Positions 40,681 through 51,781 of a DNA stretch of 53,695 nt are shown one piece after another. Made by a program: the position numbers and the translations under genes. Numbering within the stretch: the stretch's first letter is position 1; the number at the start of each line of letters is the position of its first letter. Below the pieces are notes generated by a model. That model was not told the DNA's origin and searched no databases. It saw only the letters and a program-made list of their open reading frames with translations. The stretch is from a bacterium (lineage in GTDB: Bacteria; Zhuqueibacterota; Zhuqueibacteria; Residuimicrobiales; Krinioviventaceae): contig CAXXFV010000035.1 in the NCBI GenBank assembly GCA_963674595.2, positions 1-53,695 of the forward strand, written 5' to 3'.

Positions 40681-40905
40681 ACCAGCTCCTTTTATTAATA
40701 ATAAAAGATACAAAAAAAAATTTATTTTACCAGAGGTTTTAGAGTAAAATTTTATAAAGAAATATAAATATTCTTATGATCATCAAAATTGGGGGAAGAA
40801 GCCACGCACCAGGGGGGTATCAGGCCGGGTCATTCAAATGGATAATGCCGATACATTTGAAAAGGAGAGACAAATAATAAAAACTACATATATTAAATAA
40901 AAATA

Positions 40906-41514
40906 CTATTCGGTAGAATTGTCTGCATATTTGCCGTTGTTGTCACTCTCTTGTTTATCATTTCTCCAGTAATTCCATATCATGGGTACTACGGTTGTTA
41001 TACGTTCAACAATTTCTTTTTGAAAATTTTTCAATTCATCCTTCATTTCATCATCAGCCAGTTCAAAAAGCGATTCCGGGTCAGACATGAAAACAATTGG
41101 CGTGGTCAGCTCTATAATATAAGTATCACCCTTTTCCAACCATTCTTTATAAAAAAACTGGTTAACAGCCGCCATAAACCCCTGGCACCAATATCGAACA
41201 ATCACTGTTTCCTGATCATCTTTTTTAAGGACAGGAACAAAAAGGCCAAAATCATCAGCTTCCAGAGATGTAGAAATGTCATTATAAACAGCAAACAGCA
41301 GATCGACTACTTTTTCAGCTTTTTCCTTTTTCGGCAATTCAGGCATTTCTTCTTCTTTTAAAAACACCAACGGCAGCCACTGGCTCGGTAAAACAGGATG
41401 CGGTCCGCAAATAATGGCCGTCAAATATCCCTGAATCTGGTCAATTGACATGGCGGGAATTTTCAAATTTTCTAAAAGTTCGGATAGTGTTTCAAGGTTT
41501 TTGTCTTGTTGCAT
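40906..41514 (-). CDS. YecA/UPF0149 family protein (no SEC-C tail)
   Basis: 'GYLTAIICGPHPVLPSQWLP', 'WCQGFM', 'IWNYW'. Confidence 0.85.
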   Translation of the reverse strand: MQQDKNLETLSELLENLKIPAMSIDQIQGYLTAIICGPHPVLPSQWLPLVFLKEEEMPELPKKEKAEKVVDLLFAVYNDISTSLEADDFGLFVPVLKKDDQETVIVRYWCQGFMAAVNQFFYKEWLEKGDTYIIELTTPIVFMSDPESLFELADDEMKDELKNFQKEIVERITTVVPMIWNYWRNDKQESDNNGKYADNSTE

Positions 41515-41594
41515 TTTTTAAACATCCTTTATTTCAGTTTTATTTTCATCTTAAACTTAAACTATATTATCCTCAATCGCAATACTTTTTGTTT

Positions 41595-42434
41595 TCAGGT
41601 GCCGACTCTCCAATTTAACTGAGGATTTGTACCCCCGATTTTTTGTTGCGAATCTGCTTTTATTTGGTCCTGTAATAAATATTCAATAGCCGGCAATTGT
41701 TCTTTATAGGATTCAATTTTTTGAATTTCCTGAATCATGGCGGTATTGACAGCCTGATCAAAAGTCGCACCATTTAACCAGGCCTGAACAAAATATATCG
41801 GGGAAAACATGGCATAACTGTTTACGGCAACAGCCCCGTTCACAGCACACACACCGATTTGTTCCCATTCATCGATCATATATGAACCAAAACAACAGGT
41901 CTGATAAATAGAATGAATACTAATCCCGTTGTCGGCAATATATCCTGTTACATTATTTATCTTTTGCGGACCATCAAAAAAAACAACATGTGTCGAATCA
42001 GCATGAAGATTCATAACAACATCAATAACATAATGTTTATGATGAAACAAGCTCAATTGTTCCAAAAAATCCGAAAAAGTTGCAGTGCTGTCTGTTAAGG
42101 CTATAATGGAATCATAAAAAGGACCGGCCATGTCTTTTATTGAATCAATCTGCCACTCTTCACCGTAAAGATCAATTATTTCCGTCAGGTCCAAATAATT
42201 CATATCACTTGCCGGAACATTAAAAATGTCACCGAGTATGTTTAAAAAACTCATCCGAAACAATTGAAAAGCAGTAGAGGCTGCAGAGCTCATTGAATTA
42301 TTGTTTTCAATTACAAGCAGCAAAACCCTTTTATCTTCATCTTGCGGCCCATTTGTTACCGGATTTTTATCGCGCGTGCATGCCGTCAATAAAAGGGAAA
42401 AAATAAACACAAATTTTAATCTACGATAATTCAC
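41595..42434 (-). CDS. Hypothetical lipoprotein, possible clan CD (caspase/gingipain-fold) peptidase
   Basis: Lipobox LTAC. Strand-His 'VVMNLHA' followed by strand-Cys 'IYQTCCFG'. Confidence 0.55.
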   Translation of the reverse strand: MNYRRLKFVFIFSLLLTACTRDKNPVTNGPQDEDKRVLLLVIENNNSMSSAASTAFQLFRMSFLNILGDIFNVPASDMNYLDLTEIIDLYGEEWQIDSIKDMAGPFYDSIIALTDSTATFSDFLEQLSLFHHKHYVIDVVMNLHADSTHVVFFDGPQKINNVTGYIADNGISIHSIYQTCCFGSYMIDEWEQIGVCAVNGAVAVNSYAMFSPIYFVQAWLNGATFDQAVNTAMIQEIQKIESYKEQLPAIEYLLQDQIKADSQQKIGGTNPQLNWRVGT

Positions 42435-42605
42435 GTATACTGCCTATCCAATTAAACTATTTAACTCTAATAAAAACATTTTACAGTTTAAATGCCAATT
42501 AAAAAATAAAATTTTCAAAACAATTCGTTATTCGATTGTGTTTCTCAAAAGAATTTTTAGATTATAATCATATTAATGAGCCGATTTTTTATGCAGGAGG
42601 TTTTT

Positions 42606-43757
42606 ATGAAATTCAAAGTGGGTATTATCGGGACGGGATATGTCGGAATGATCCATATAGAGCAACTGCGGCGATGTGCGCAGGTAGAAATCATTGCCCT
42701 GGCTGAAACCAATAAAGAACTTGCCGATCAGGTCGGTCAAAAATTTAATATTCCCAAAATATATTATAACGCAGATGATTTAATAAATGATCCGGAAGTT
42801 GAAATCATTCACAACTGTGCACCGAACCATCTTCATTATGATATAAATGTCAAAACAATTAAAGCCGGAAAAGATATTCTCTCGGAAAAACCTCTGGCGC
42901 TTTCTTCAAAAGAATCTTCCGAACTATTTAAGCTCGCTCAGGAAAACAATTGTGTACATGGTATAAATTTTTGTTATCGTTATTACCCTGTCGTTCAGGA
43001 AGCGGCGGCCCGTGTCCGTCGTGGAGATTTGGGAGATTTGCGAATGGTTTTGGGCCATTTTTTACAGGATTGGCTTTTTTACGAAACCGACTATTCCTGG
43101 CGGCTGGACCCTGCAATTGCCGGTCGGTCCAACACCATGGCAGACCTTGGCAGTCACTGGTGCGACCTTGTTCAATTTGTAACCGGACAAAAAATCAGCC
43201 AGGTAATGGCGGAATTCCATACCAATTTACCGAAACGGAAAAAACCAAAATCAGGAGCACTGTCCTTTGGTGCCGCTCAGGATACCGAGTATGAAGAGGT
43301 CGACATTCCGCTTGAAGATTATGCCTCATTGTTTATCCGGTTTCAAAACGGAGCCAGAGGAAATTTTACCACATGCCAGGTTGCTGTCGGGCGAAAGGTG
43401 GAAATTGACATGCAACTATATGGCTCAAAAGAATCCTATTCCTGGAACCATGTTCATCCGAACGCCCTTGTTATCGGGCATCGTGACAAGGGAAACGAAA
43501 CATTTTACGAATCGCCGCTGCTGCAAACACCGGACACCCGTAAATACGCAACCCTGCCGTCAGGCCATCCAATGGGCTATCATGACACCATATATAATTT
43601 TTTCATGGATTATTATCAGGCCGTGGGAGCAAAAAGAACAGGAAAACAGCAAAATACAAATTTCCCAAATTTTGTTGACGGACATCAGGAAATGCTGGTT
43701 ATAGAAGCAGCAATTGAATCCGCTCAAAAAGGAATATGGACAAATGTAATAAAGTAA
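42606..43757 (+). CDS. Gfo/Idh/MocA family oxidoreductase
   Basis: 'VGIIGTGYVG', 'PNHLH', 'SEKPLA', 'DLGSHWCD'. AGGAGG precedes ATG 42606. Confidence 0.93.
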   Translation: MKFKVGIIGTGYVGMIHIEQLRRCAQVEIIALAETNKELADQVGQKFNIPKIYYNADDLINDPEVEIIHNCAPNHLHYDINVKTIKAGKDILSEKPLALSSKESSELFKLAQENNCVHGINFCYRYYPVVQEAAARVRRGDLGDLRMVLGHFLQDWLFYETDYSWRLDPAIAGRSNTMADLGSHWCDLVQFVTGQKISQVMAEFHTNLPKRKKPKSGALSFGAAQDTEYEEVDIPLEDYASLFIRFQNGARGNFTTCQVAVGRKVEIDMQLYGSKESYSWNHVHPNALVIGHRDKGNETFYESPLLQTPDTRKYATLPSGHPMGYHDTIYNFFMDYYQAVGAKRTGKQQNTNFPNFVDGHQEMLVIEAAIESAQKGIWTNVIK

Positions 43758-43776
43758 AAATTTAAAGGAGAAAACA

Positions 43777-46095
43777 TTGAAAACCCGGCCATATATTTTT
43801 CTGTTTTTTACCCTGACCTTTACAACATTAATATTTTCCGCTGATAAAAATGTGTCCCAGGACCAAATCATACAACTTTTGGGACCGGAAGACCCGGAAC
43901 GAGGCTGGGTAACACCGGTTGATTCCACATGGCAGGATTGGCTGCGCAGGACAGGCGAACAACCACCCGATTTTAACACCATGCCGACCCTTCCGTTTTT
44001 ACCGGACCCGTTAATTATAAATGAAGGAACAACAAATCAACCGGTAACCACTCTTGAACAATGGCAGCAAAAACGGCAATGGATCCAAAAACAAATGCAG
44101 CAATGGGTAACAGGCACCTTGCCGCCGGCGCCGCAAATTTTAACTACAAAAATCCTGCAAGAACACAAAGAAAACGACGTAACCATACAAATTGTAGAAA
44201 TCATATTTAAACCTGATAATGAAATTAAGGATACATCTCTCCCTTTTAAACGTCCCAAAACCTGTAAAATGACAATAGAATTGATGATCCCTCCGGGTGA
44301 GGGACCTTTTCCGGTTTTTATGACACAATGGAACCACCGGGGCTGGGCATTGATTGCTGTTCGCCGGGGATATGTCGGTTGTGTTTATGCCGGAGCAGAT
44401 GCCAAAGATGATACCGATGACTATGCCAAACTCTATTTTAATAAATATGATTTTACCCGCCTGATGCGCCGGGCCTGGGGTACTATGCGGGTTATTGACT
44501 ATCTTTACACACTGCCATTCATTGACAAAGAAAAAATCGCCCTGACCGGCCACTCACGAAACGGAAAACAATCTTTAATGGCAGCCGCTTTTGATGAAAG
44601 GATCAAAGCAGTCGTTACCAGTTCAGGCGGCACCGGTGCCGAAGATCCGTTTCGGTTTACCAGTGATAATTTTGATAATGAAACAATTGCAGAGATTACA
44701 ACCTATTTTCCGCATTGGCTGCACCCGCGTCTTCGTTTTTTTTACGGACGGGAATATAAACTGCCGGTCGATCAAAACCTGATGATGGCCCTGGTGGCCC
44801 CACGTGGTTTGATGTTGAGCTCTGCATTGAATGAAAGCCAGGGAAATGCCTGGGGAATTCAACAGGGATTCGAGTCTGCACATAAAGTATATAAATTTTT
44901 AAATGCTAAAGAAAAAATAGCCTTACGTTTACGTTACGGACGGCATGGTACATCGGCCAGAGACATTGAAAGTTATATCGATTTTTTTGACTATTGTTTT
45001 GGCATATCAAATCAAAAACCGGAAAACAAATGTTATTATAGTTTTTCATTTGACGAGTGGAAAAAACACCAGCCTGCTGATTTCCCGGAACCTGTTGAAA
45101 CCGCTAAAATCAAAACATTTTCCGACTGGCAGACCCAAAAGCCGCAAATTTTAAAAAACATTCAATGGCTGCTGGGTAAAAGACCGGCCGGCGCTTTAAA
45201 TCCGGGTCCTCAAACAGTCAGCAATCAACGAAAAGAGGACGATTATTTAAGAGATGTCATAATAAGCCCGGACACAATTAAAGGTGCCAAAAATATCGTT
45301 TTTGGGCCATATCATTCCTTTGGTGATTATCTTTACGGGACCCTCTATTTCCCGGAACAGCACATGTCATCCTTGAAAAGATTACCGGTTGTCATCTTTT
45401 TACATGAATATGATTATTCCACAGGATACGGACGCAGAATTGAACCCTTTTTCGAACGCCTGGTAAATAACGGAATAGCCGTTTTTTCTTTTGACATGCT
45501 CGGATTCGGCAGCCGTTTTGAAGAGGGCAGCCGTTTTTATGATCGATATCCCAATTGGTCTAAAATGGGTAAAATGGTAATAGATGTACAGGCTGCGGTC
45601 AACGCTTTGGCACAGTTTGAACTGGTGGATGAAAACAACATTTACATTGTCGGTTATTCATTAGGCGCCACGACCGGGTTGTTTGCTTCAGCTTTGGACG
45701 ACCGTGTAGCCGGCATGGCCTCCATTTGCGGATTTACACCCTTACGAACCGGCACACCGGACAAGGGCGTTCCCGGAATAAAAGCGTTTTCTCATTTGCA
45801 TGCATTACTTCCCAATGCCGGATTGTTTTTAGGGCAAGAAAATAATCTTCCCACTGATTTTCCGGAAATTTTGAGTTGTATTGCTCCCCGGTCCCTGTTG
45901 GTAGTCGCCCCGCAGTTCGACCGTGATGCTATTCTTCAGGATGTTCAAAACTGCGTTGATAATGTTAAAACGATTTATGGTTTGCAAAATTCGCCGGAAC
46001 AGCTTTTATTTTACACACCAATCGGTTATAATAAATTTTCAGAACCGATACAGGAGAAAGTCCTTTCATGGTTGATGCATCTGACACAAAAATAA
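43777..46095 (+). CDS. Secreted tandem alpha/beta hydrolase (CE15/glucuronoyl esterase-like domain plus a second esterase domain)
   Basis: Domain 1 'TGHSRNGK...AAAFDERI...SSGGTG', 'LPVDQ'. Domain 2 'VGYSLGA...ALDDRV'. Confidence 0.8.
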   Translation: MKTRPYIFLFFTLTFTTLIFSADKNVSQDQIIQLLGPEDPERGWVTPVDSTWQDWLRRTGEQPPDFNTMPTLPFLPDPLIINEGTTNQPVTTLEQWQQKRQWIQKQMQQWVTGTLPPAPQILTTKILQEHKENDVTIQIVEIIFKPDNEIKDTSLPFKRPKTCKMTIELMIPPGEGPFPVFMTQWNHRGWALIAVRRGYVGCVYAGADAKDDTDDYAKLYFNKYDFTRLMRRAWGTMRVIDYLYTLPFIDKEKIALTGHSRNGKQSLMAAAFDERIKAVVTSSGGTGAEDPFRFTSDNFDNETIAEITTYFPHWLHPRLRFFYGREYKLPVDQNLMMALVAPRGLMLSSALNESQGNAWGIQQGFESAHKVYKFLNAKEKIALRLRYGRHGTSARDIESYIDFFDYCFGISNQKPENKCYYSFSFDEWKKHQPADFPEPVETAKIKTFSDWQTQKPQILKNIQWLLGKRPAGALNPGPQTVSNQRKEDDYLRDVIISPDTIKGAKNIVFGPYHSFGDYLYGTLYFPEQHMSSLKRLPVVIFLHEYDYSTGYGRRIEPFFERLVNNGIAVFSFDMLGFGSRFEEGSRFYDRYPNWSKMGKMVIDVQAAVNALAQFELVDENNIYIVGYSLGATTGLFASALDDRVAGMASICGFTPLRTGTPDKGVPGIKAFSHLHALLPNAGLFLGQENNLPTDFPEILSCIAPRSLLVVAPQFDRDAILQDVQNCVDNVKTIYGLQNSPEQLLFYTPIGYNKFSEPIQEKVLSWLMHLTQK

Positions 46096-46200
46096 TCTGT
46101 TTTCCGGAAAAAATATGGTACACATTATTAAAATCAAACAAGGTGAATTCGTTCTTAGAAATTAAACAAAGGTTCATCCAAAATAGACGGAGGACATAAA

Positions 46201-47232
46201 ATGAATTCAAAATCCCTTTTACCGTTTCTTAACGTACTATTAGTCCTGGTACCGCTTCTTTTCTGTCAATCCGGCAACCTGATGAAAACAGAAACAGCCG
46301 AATTTATTTATCCGGATGGCGTTATTCCTTCCTGCCATGCGTCAACGGTTTTGGTGCTGGAAAACGGTGATGTTTTGGCAGCCTGGTTTGGCGGCAAGGA
46401 AGAAGGCGACAATAGTGTGGAAATATGGCTGGCCCGCCGTCATAATGGAACATGGTCAAATCCACAAAAAATGACAGACTATCCGGATGTACCGACATGG
46501 AACCCAGTTCTCTTTCAGGATAACAGTAAAAAAATATGGTTGTTCTTCAAAGTTGGTGAAAGCCCACGAGCCTGGAGCGGTGCCTTTATCACCAGCACAG
46601 ATAACGGTACCTCCTGGAGTGACATTACCATTATGCCGGCCGGATTATTGGGTCCGATTAAAAACAAACCTATTCAACTGCACAACGGAGACATTGTCAG
46701 CGGAACGTCCGTAGAATCTTACCAAGTGTGGTCAGGCTGGACGGAAATAAGCAGTGACGGCGGCCAAACATGGAAAAAAAGTAGCGTCATCACCTGCCCG
46801 GAACAACCCTATGGCATTATTCAGCCGACCCTTTGGGAATATGCTCCCGGAAAACTGAAAATGCTGCTGCGTTCCCGGAATTTAAATTATATTGTCGAAT
46901 CACACTCTGAGGATGGTGGTTATACCTGGTCACCCGGAAAAGTAATAAAATCCCTGCCGCATCCCGGTTCCGGAATTGACGCCGTAAAAATGAACGATGG
47001 AACAATAGCGCTCGTCTACAACCATACTAAAAAAGGCCGCACACCATTAAATCTTGCATTTTCAACAGACAATGGTGAAACCTGGGGAGAGCCTTATATT
47101 CTGGAAAACCAGCCGGGAGAATATTCCTATCCGGCTATTGTTCAGGCGGATGATGGTAAACTGCATATTACTTATACCTGGAAACGCGAAAAAATTAAAT
47201 ATGTCATCATAAATCCAAAAGGCTTATATTAA
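46201..47232 (+). CDS. BNR/Asp-box sialidase-family protein
   Basis: 'SCHAST', Asp boxes STDNGTSW, SSDGGQTW, SEDGGYTW and STDNGETW, 'RTPL', 'EYSYP'. Confidence 0.9.
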   Translation: MNSKSLLPFLNVLLVLVPLLFCQSGNLMKTETAEFIYPDGVIPSCHASTVLVLENGDVLAAWFGGKEEGDNSVEIWLARRHNGTWSNPQKMTDYPDVPTWNPVLFQDNSKKIWLFFKVGESPRAWSGAFITSTDNGTSWSDITIMPAGLLGPIKNKPIQLHNGDIVSGTSVESYQVWSGWTEISSDGGQTWKKSSVITCPEQPYGIIQPTLWEYAPGKLKMLLRSRNLNYIVESHSEDGGYTWSPGKVIKSLPHPGSGIDAVKMNDGTIALVYNHTKKGRTPLNLAFSTDNGETWGEPYILENQPGEYSYPAIVQADDGKLHITYTWKREKIKYVIINPKGLY

Positions 47233-47239
47233 ACGGGTT

Positions 47240-47270
47240 TTTTGGGGCTGTATAAAAGACAGCCCCAAAA
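47240..47270 (+). terminator. Intrinsic terminator hairpin
   Basis: ttttggggctgt-ataaaag-acagccccaaaa just after the stop at 47232. Confidence 0.65.
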
Positions 47271-47381
47271 CCCTGGTTTTAAAAATGAAGAAAATTTATT
47301 ATATTAGTTAATCTGAATACTCATTCAACAATAAATTACAACGAACGGTCCGGTCATACCAGGTTTTAAAACGGAGATTGA

Positions 47382-48074
47382 ATGAAGTTACCACCATTGT
47401 TTGCCGGTAAACTTTTAAAAAGATATAAACGATTTTTAGCCGATGTTAAACTTGATACCGGTGAATATGTTACAGCACTGTGCCCCAATACAGGAAGTAT
47501 GTTGACCTGCAAAGAACCCGGCAGCCCGGTTTTACTGTCAAAAAGTAACAATCCAAAAAGAAAAACGGCCTATACCTGGGAACTTGTTTATACCAACAAT
47601 AACTGGGTGGGCATCAACACCGGGTATCCCAATAAAATCGTTAAAGAGGCTATTTTAGACAAAAGAATACCCGAACTAACTGAATACGATGAGGTTAAAT
47701 CGGAAGTCAATTATGGCAAAAACAGCCGGATTGACCTGCTCTTAAAAAAAGACCAAAACCTGTGTTATGTTGAAATTAAAAATGTAACGCTGGTTCAGGA
47801 TAAAATCATATATTTCCCGGATGCCGTTACCCAGCGCGGGACCAAACACCTTAATGAACTGATGGAGATGGTAAAGCAGGGCCACCGGGCCGTTATGTTT
47901 TATCTTGTGCAGCGCAGTGACGGGATTATTTTTCAACCGGCAAAACATATTGATCCGGTTTACGCGGACACACTAAAAATGGCTGTTGAAAATGGAGTGG
48001 AAATATGTGTTTATCAGGCACGCATTTCCCAGCAAGAAATAACGATTGAAAAATCACTGCCCTGGCAACTTTAA
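47382..48074 (+). CDS. sfsA: DNA/RNA nuclease SfsA (sugar fermentation stimulation protein)
   Basis: 'KRYKRFLADV', 'CPNTGSM', 'SRIDLLL', 'YVEIKNVTL', 'FPDAVTQRGTKHL'. Confidence 0.95.
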   Translation: MKLPPLFAGKLLKRYKRFLADVKLDTGEYVTALCPNTGSMLTCKEPGSPVLLSKSNNPKRKTAYTWELVYTNNNWVGINTGYPNKIVKEAILDKRIPELTEYDEVKSEVNYGKNSRIDLLLKKDQNLCYVEIKNVTLVQDKIIYFPDAVTQRGTKHLNELMEMVKQGHRAVMFYLVQRSDGIIFQPAKHIDPVYADTLKMAVENGVEICVYQARISQQEITIEKSLPWQL

Positions 48075-48111
48075 AAATTTTCTATATCTAAATATAAAGC
48101 ACGGAAAAAAC

Positions 48112-48984
48112 ATGTCACAACACACTGCAAACTATTCATCCGGATATCTTGAAAACAAACAACACTTGAAAATATATTATCAATATTGGATTCCCCAAAA
48201 AAATCACGATGCCAATATATTGCTGGTACACGGAATCGGAGAACATTCCAGCAGATATACAAACCTGGTGCAGGTATTGTTAGACCTCAATATAGCTGTT
48301 TTTGCGTGCGATCTTCAGGGACATGGAAAATCAGAAGGTCAGCGTGGTTATGTGGAGCACTTTACACAGTTCTGCTCAGACCTGGAGTTACTGCAAACAC
48401 ATACACTTGAATTACAAAACAAAAAACCTGTATTTATTTTAGGCCACAGCATGGGCGGTCTGGTTAGTTTGACCTATTTATTAAAAAATCCGGATTTATT
48501 GGCGGGAGCGGTTTTTTCATCTCCATTATTCGGCCTTAATATGAAAGTCCCAAAATGGAAATGGGCATTGGGAAAATTATTTTACAAAATATTACCCAAA
48601 CTAACCCTTTCAACCGGCCTGAATGCAGCTCAACTAAGCCATGACTCTACTGTCGTTACATCCTACCGAAAAGACCGTTTGGTGCACAAAAAAATCAGTT
48701 CCGCTCTTTTTTTTACCATGATGGAAACAATTGAATATTGCAAACAAAAAATATCGGAAATCCAACATCCTGTGCTGTTATTACTTGGTGAAAAGGATTC
48801 GCTTATTTGTCAAAAAGAGGCGGTAGATTTCTTTCAAACATTTCAATCAAAAGACAAAACCCTGTCCACTTTTCCTGGTTTTTATCACGAATTATTTAAT
48901 GAAATAAAAAAAGAAAAAGTGGTGAATGTCCTGACAGATTGGATCGTAAAGCATATATCCTCTACAGGGGAGATTTTATCATGA
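48112..48984 (+). CDS. Lysophospholipase / monoacylglycerol lipase-like alpha/beta hydrolase
   Basis: 'VHGIGEHSSRY', 'DLQGHGKSEG', 'GHSMGG', 'HELFNE'. Confidence 0.9.
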   Translation: MSQHTANYSSGYLENKQHLKIYYQYWIPQKNHDANILLVHGIGEHSSRYTNLVQVLLDLNIAVFACDLQGHGKSEGQRGYVEHFTQFCSDLELLQTHTLELQNKKPVFILGHSMGGLVSLTYLLKNPDLLAGAVFSSPLFGLNMKVPKWKWALGKLFYKILPKLTLSTGLNAAQLSHDSTVVTSYRKDRLVHKKISSALFFTMMETIEYCKQKISEIQHPVLLLLGEKDSLICQKEAVDFFQTFQSKDKTLSTFPGFYHELFNEIKKEKVVNVLTDWIVKHISSTGEILS

Positions 48985-50713
48985 CCATTTTGGGGATAAG
49001 TGATGTAACCGGTAATCACAGTCACAGTTCGATTGCCATATTAAATGAGTCCAACATTTTGTTTGCGCTTTCTCATGAACGAACGAGCCGAATAAAAAAC
49101 GATAATACATTCCCGGAAGAGACCATCAAAAAGGCCCTGGATTATTGTAACCTTTCTATTAAAGACATTGATTGTTTTGCCTGTGGATACCCTCCTGCTA
49201 ATTACTATAACAGTCTGTTGCAATACAATAAAAATGACCTGCCACGCTCCATGATGCATACGCTGGTTAACCGGCCTGTTGAGCTTTGCAAACATCTGGT
49301 GCCAAACCTGCGCAAAGGGCTTTTTGATCCGCAAAACACAAATGGATTGTTTAAAATGGGATTACTCCTGAAAAATTTATGTTTATTGATCATCATTTGG
49401 CGCATGTTTCTGCCGGATATTTTTCCAGCGGTTTTGATGATTGCCTGGCTATTAGTTATGGAGGATTTGCGCCGCACATCTCCGGACAAAATGTCGCCGG
49501 CGCGGTTTACAGGTGCCAGGGTGATAAAATTGACTTTCTGGAAGACATACCCATGTTTGCTGCCGGATGTTTTTTCTCGGGAATCACGGTGGCCCTTGGT
49601 TTTAAATATATGCAGCAGGAAGGCAAAACCATGGGACTTGCCGCCTATGGTGATCCCTCTATATGTTTGGATGAAATGAAAAAACTGGGCAGCCGGTTTG
49701 ACGGCACCAATTGGACAAAATACGAATACTGGATAGACTATATACAAACACCGCGTGAAAATGTCTTTTTAGGAAGTAAAAGCGGTAAAGCGTTGACATC
49801 TCTGATTGAAAAATATGGACCGGAAAATGTGGCCGCAGCAGCGCAGCGTTTATGGGAAGAAAATCTTAAAAATTTTGTCAATTATCTTGTTAAAAAATAT
49901 AAAACAAGTAAATTTATTCTCAGCGGCGGTGTTTTTTTAAATGTTCAATTAAACAGCCGAATCCAGGCAAATGAAAATGTAGAGTCTATTTTTATGCACC
50001 CGCATACGGGAGACGGCTCCACAACAATCGGTGCAGCCATAGAGGCACATCGAAAACTATCCGGTAAACCTGTGCGACCGAACATTCATGATACGGGACT
50101 GGGGTTGGAGTTTTCAGACATGGATATTATTAAATCATGGAAGTCAGGCAGCTATAAAGGCAATATCGACAGAATTCCCGGGAACATAAGCGAATATGCA
50201 GCACAAAAACTGGCTCAGGGGAAAATAATCGGATGGTTTCAGGGCCGCGAAGAATATGGCCCAAGATCATTAGGCCATCGATGTATACTTGGTGACCCGA
50301 GAGACATAGCCGTAAAGGAAAAAATAGCTGCCATAAAAAACAGAGAAGCCTTTGTACCTGTTGCAGCCTCATGTCAGTCCGAATGCGGTGACGAATATTT
50401 TTACAATTTTTCCAACAATCCTTTTATGACCACGATTGTTACAATAAAACCGGAACGAAAAGACAAAATTCCCGGAGCCCTGCATAAAAATGATACGGTC
50501 CGGGTCCAATCCGTAGACAAATATTCTTATCCTCTGTTCCGGCAATTGCTTTTAAATTTTAAAAAGCATACCGGAATTCCCGTCATTTTAAACACAAGCT
50601 TGAACAGACACGGTGAACCTATTGTTCACAAACCGGAACAAGCTTTCAAATTGTTCGAAAATTCGCCATTGGATGAACTGTTGATCGGTTCTTTAAAAAT
50701 TACAAAATCATAA
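48981..50713 (+). CDS. Carbamoyltransferase (NodU/CmcH family), split by one frameshift near 49360
   Basis: N-part 'ILGIS...HSSIA...ERTSRIK'. C-part 'DHHLAH', 'EGKTMGLAAYG', 'GWFQGREEYGPRSLGHR', 'LNTSLNRHGEPIV'. Adding one base in 'atgggatt' joins the two parts. Confidence 0.85.
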
Positions 50714-50789
50714 AAAATTACGCAATTTTATACTTTTTACTATATTATTCTTACGATTGAAAAATAACCTGAAAATATAAGGACAAATA

Positions 50790-51781
50790 ATGATTGTACA
50801 AACAAAGGCATACACCCGTGCCGGTCTTGCCGGAAACCCTTCAGACGGTTATTTCGGCAAAACACTATCGGTTACTTTTAAAGACTTTTATGCCCAGGTA
50901 ACCATGTATGAAACGCCTGACCTTGAAATCCTCCCAAATGACCGGGACCATTCCTATTTTGAAGATTTTAACCATCTTGTCAAAGACGTTCAAAGACACG
51001 GGTATTACGGTGGAATACGCCTTATTAAAGCGGCAGCAAAAAATTCCACGACTATTGCAGTCAAAAAGGGATTGTGCTGGCAGATAAAAACTTTACCGTA
51101 CGCTATAATTCAAACATACCTGTTCAGGTTGGTCTGGCCGGATCCAGCGCCATTGTCACAGCAACCATTCGGGCGTTGACAACTTTTTTCGGCATAGAAA
51201 TCCCCAAACCGCTGCTTCCGGGACTGATTCTAAGTGTGGAAACCGACGAATTAAGTATATCCGCTGGTTTACAGGACCGGGTTGTACAGGTTTATGACGG
51301 TTTGGTTTATATGGACTTTGATAAAAACCTGCTCGACAAACAGGGGCATGGTTATTATGAAAACATTGATCCAAATCTATTACCGCCGATCTATCTTGCC
51401 TATATAAGCGATCTTTCCGAAGTTTCCGGAATTGCTCATGGCAACCTTAAAGGCAGATATATGGCCGGAGACCAGCAGGTTATAGATGCGATGAAATATT
51501 TTGCCGAACGGGCGGATATGGCTAAAGATTGCCTCTTGTCCCGACAACCGGAAAAACTGGGCAAAATAATGAATGAAAATTTTGATAAACGCAAAGAAAT
51601 TTTTCCCATAAGTCGTTTAAACCTGGAAATGATCAACCTGGCACGTTCTGTTGGCGCCAGTGCAAAATTTTCCGGCAGTGGCGGCGCTATCGTGGGAACA
51701 TACGAAGACGAAAAAATGTTTCAACGATTAAAAGAGAAACTGAATGAAATTGGAGCTGTTGTCATTAAACCTCAAATATAA
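50790..51781 (+). CDS. GHMP kinase, glucuronokinase-like, split by one frameshift in the A-run 51038-51043
   Basis: 'RAGLAGNPSDGYFGKT', 'GYYGGIRL', 'IPVQVGLAGSSA', 'AGLQDRVVQVY', 'KFSGSGGA'. One extra A restores AAKKFHDYC. Confidence 0.85.

Noticed and set aside
48981-51781. Programmed frameshifting or phase variation in the carbamoyltransferase and kinase genes
   Set aside because: The runs are short (G3, A6), no stimulatory structure is evident, and other homopolymer indels in the window point to sequencing error.
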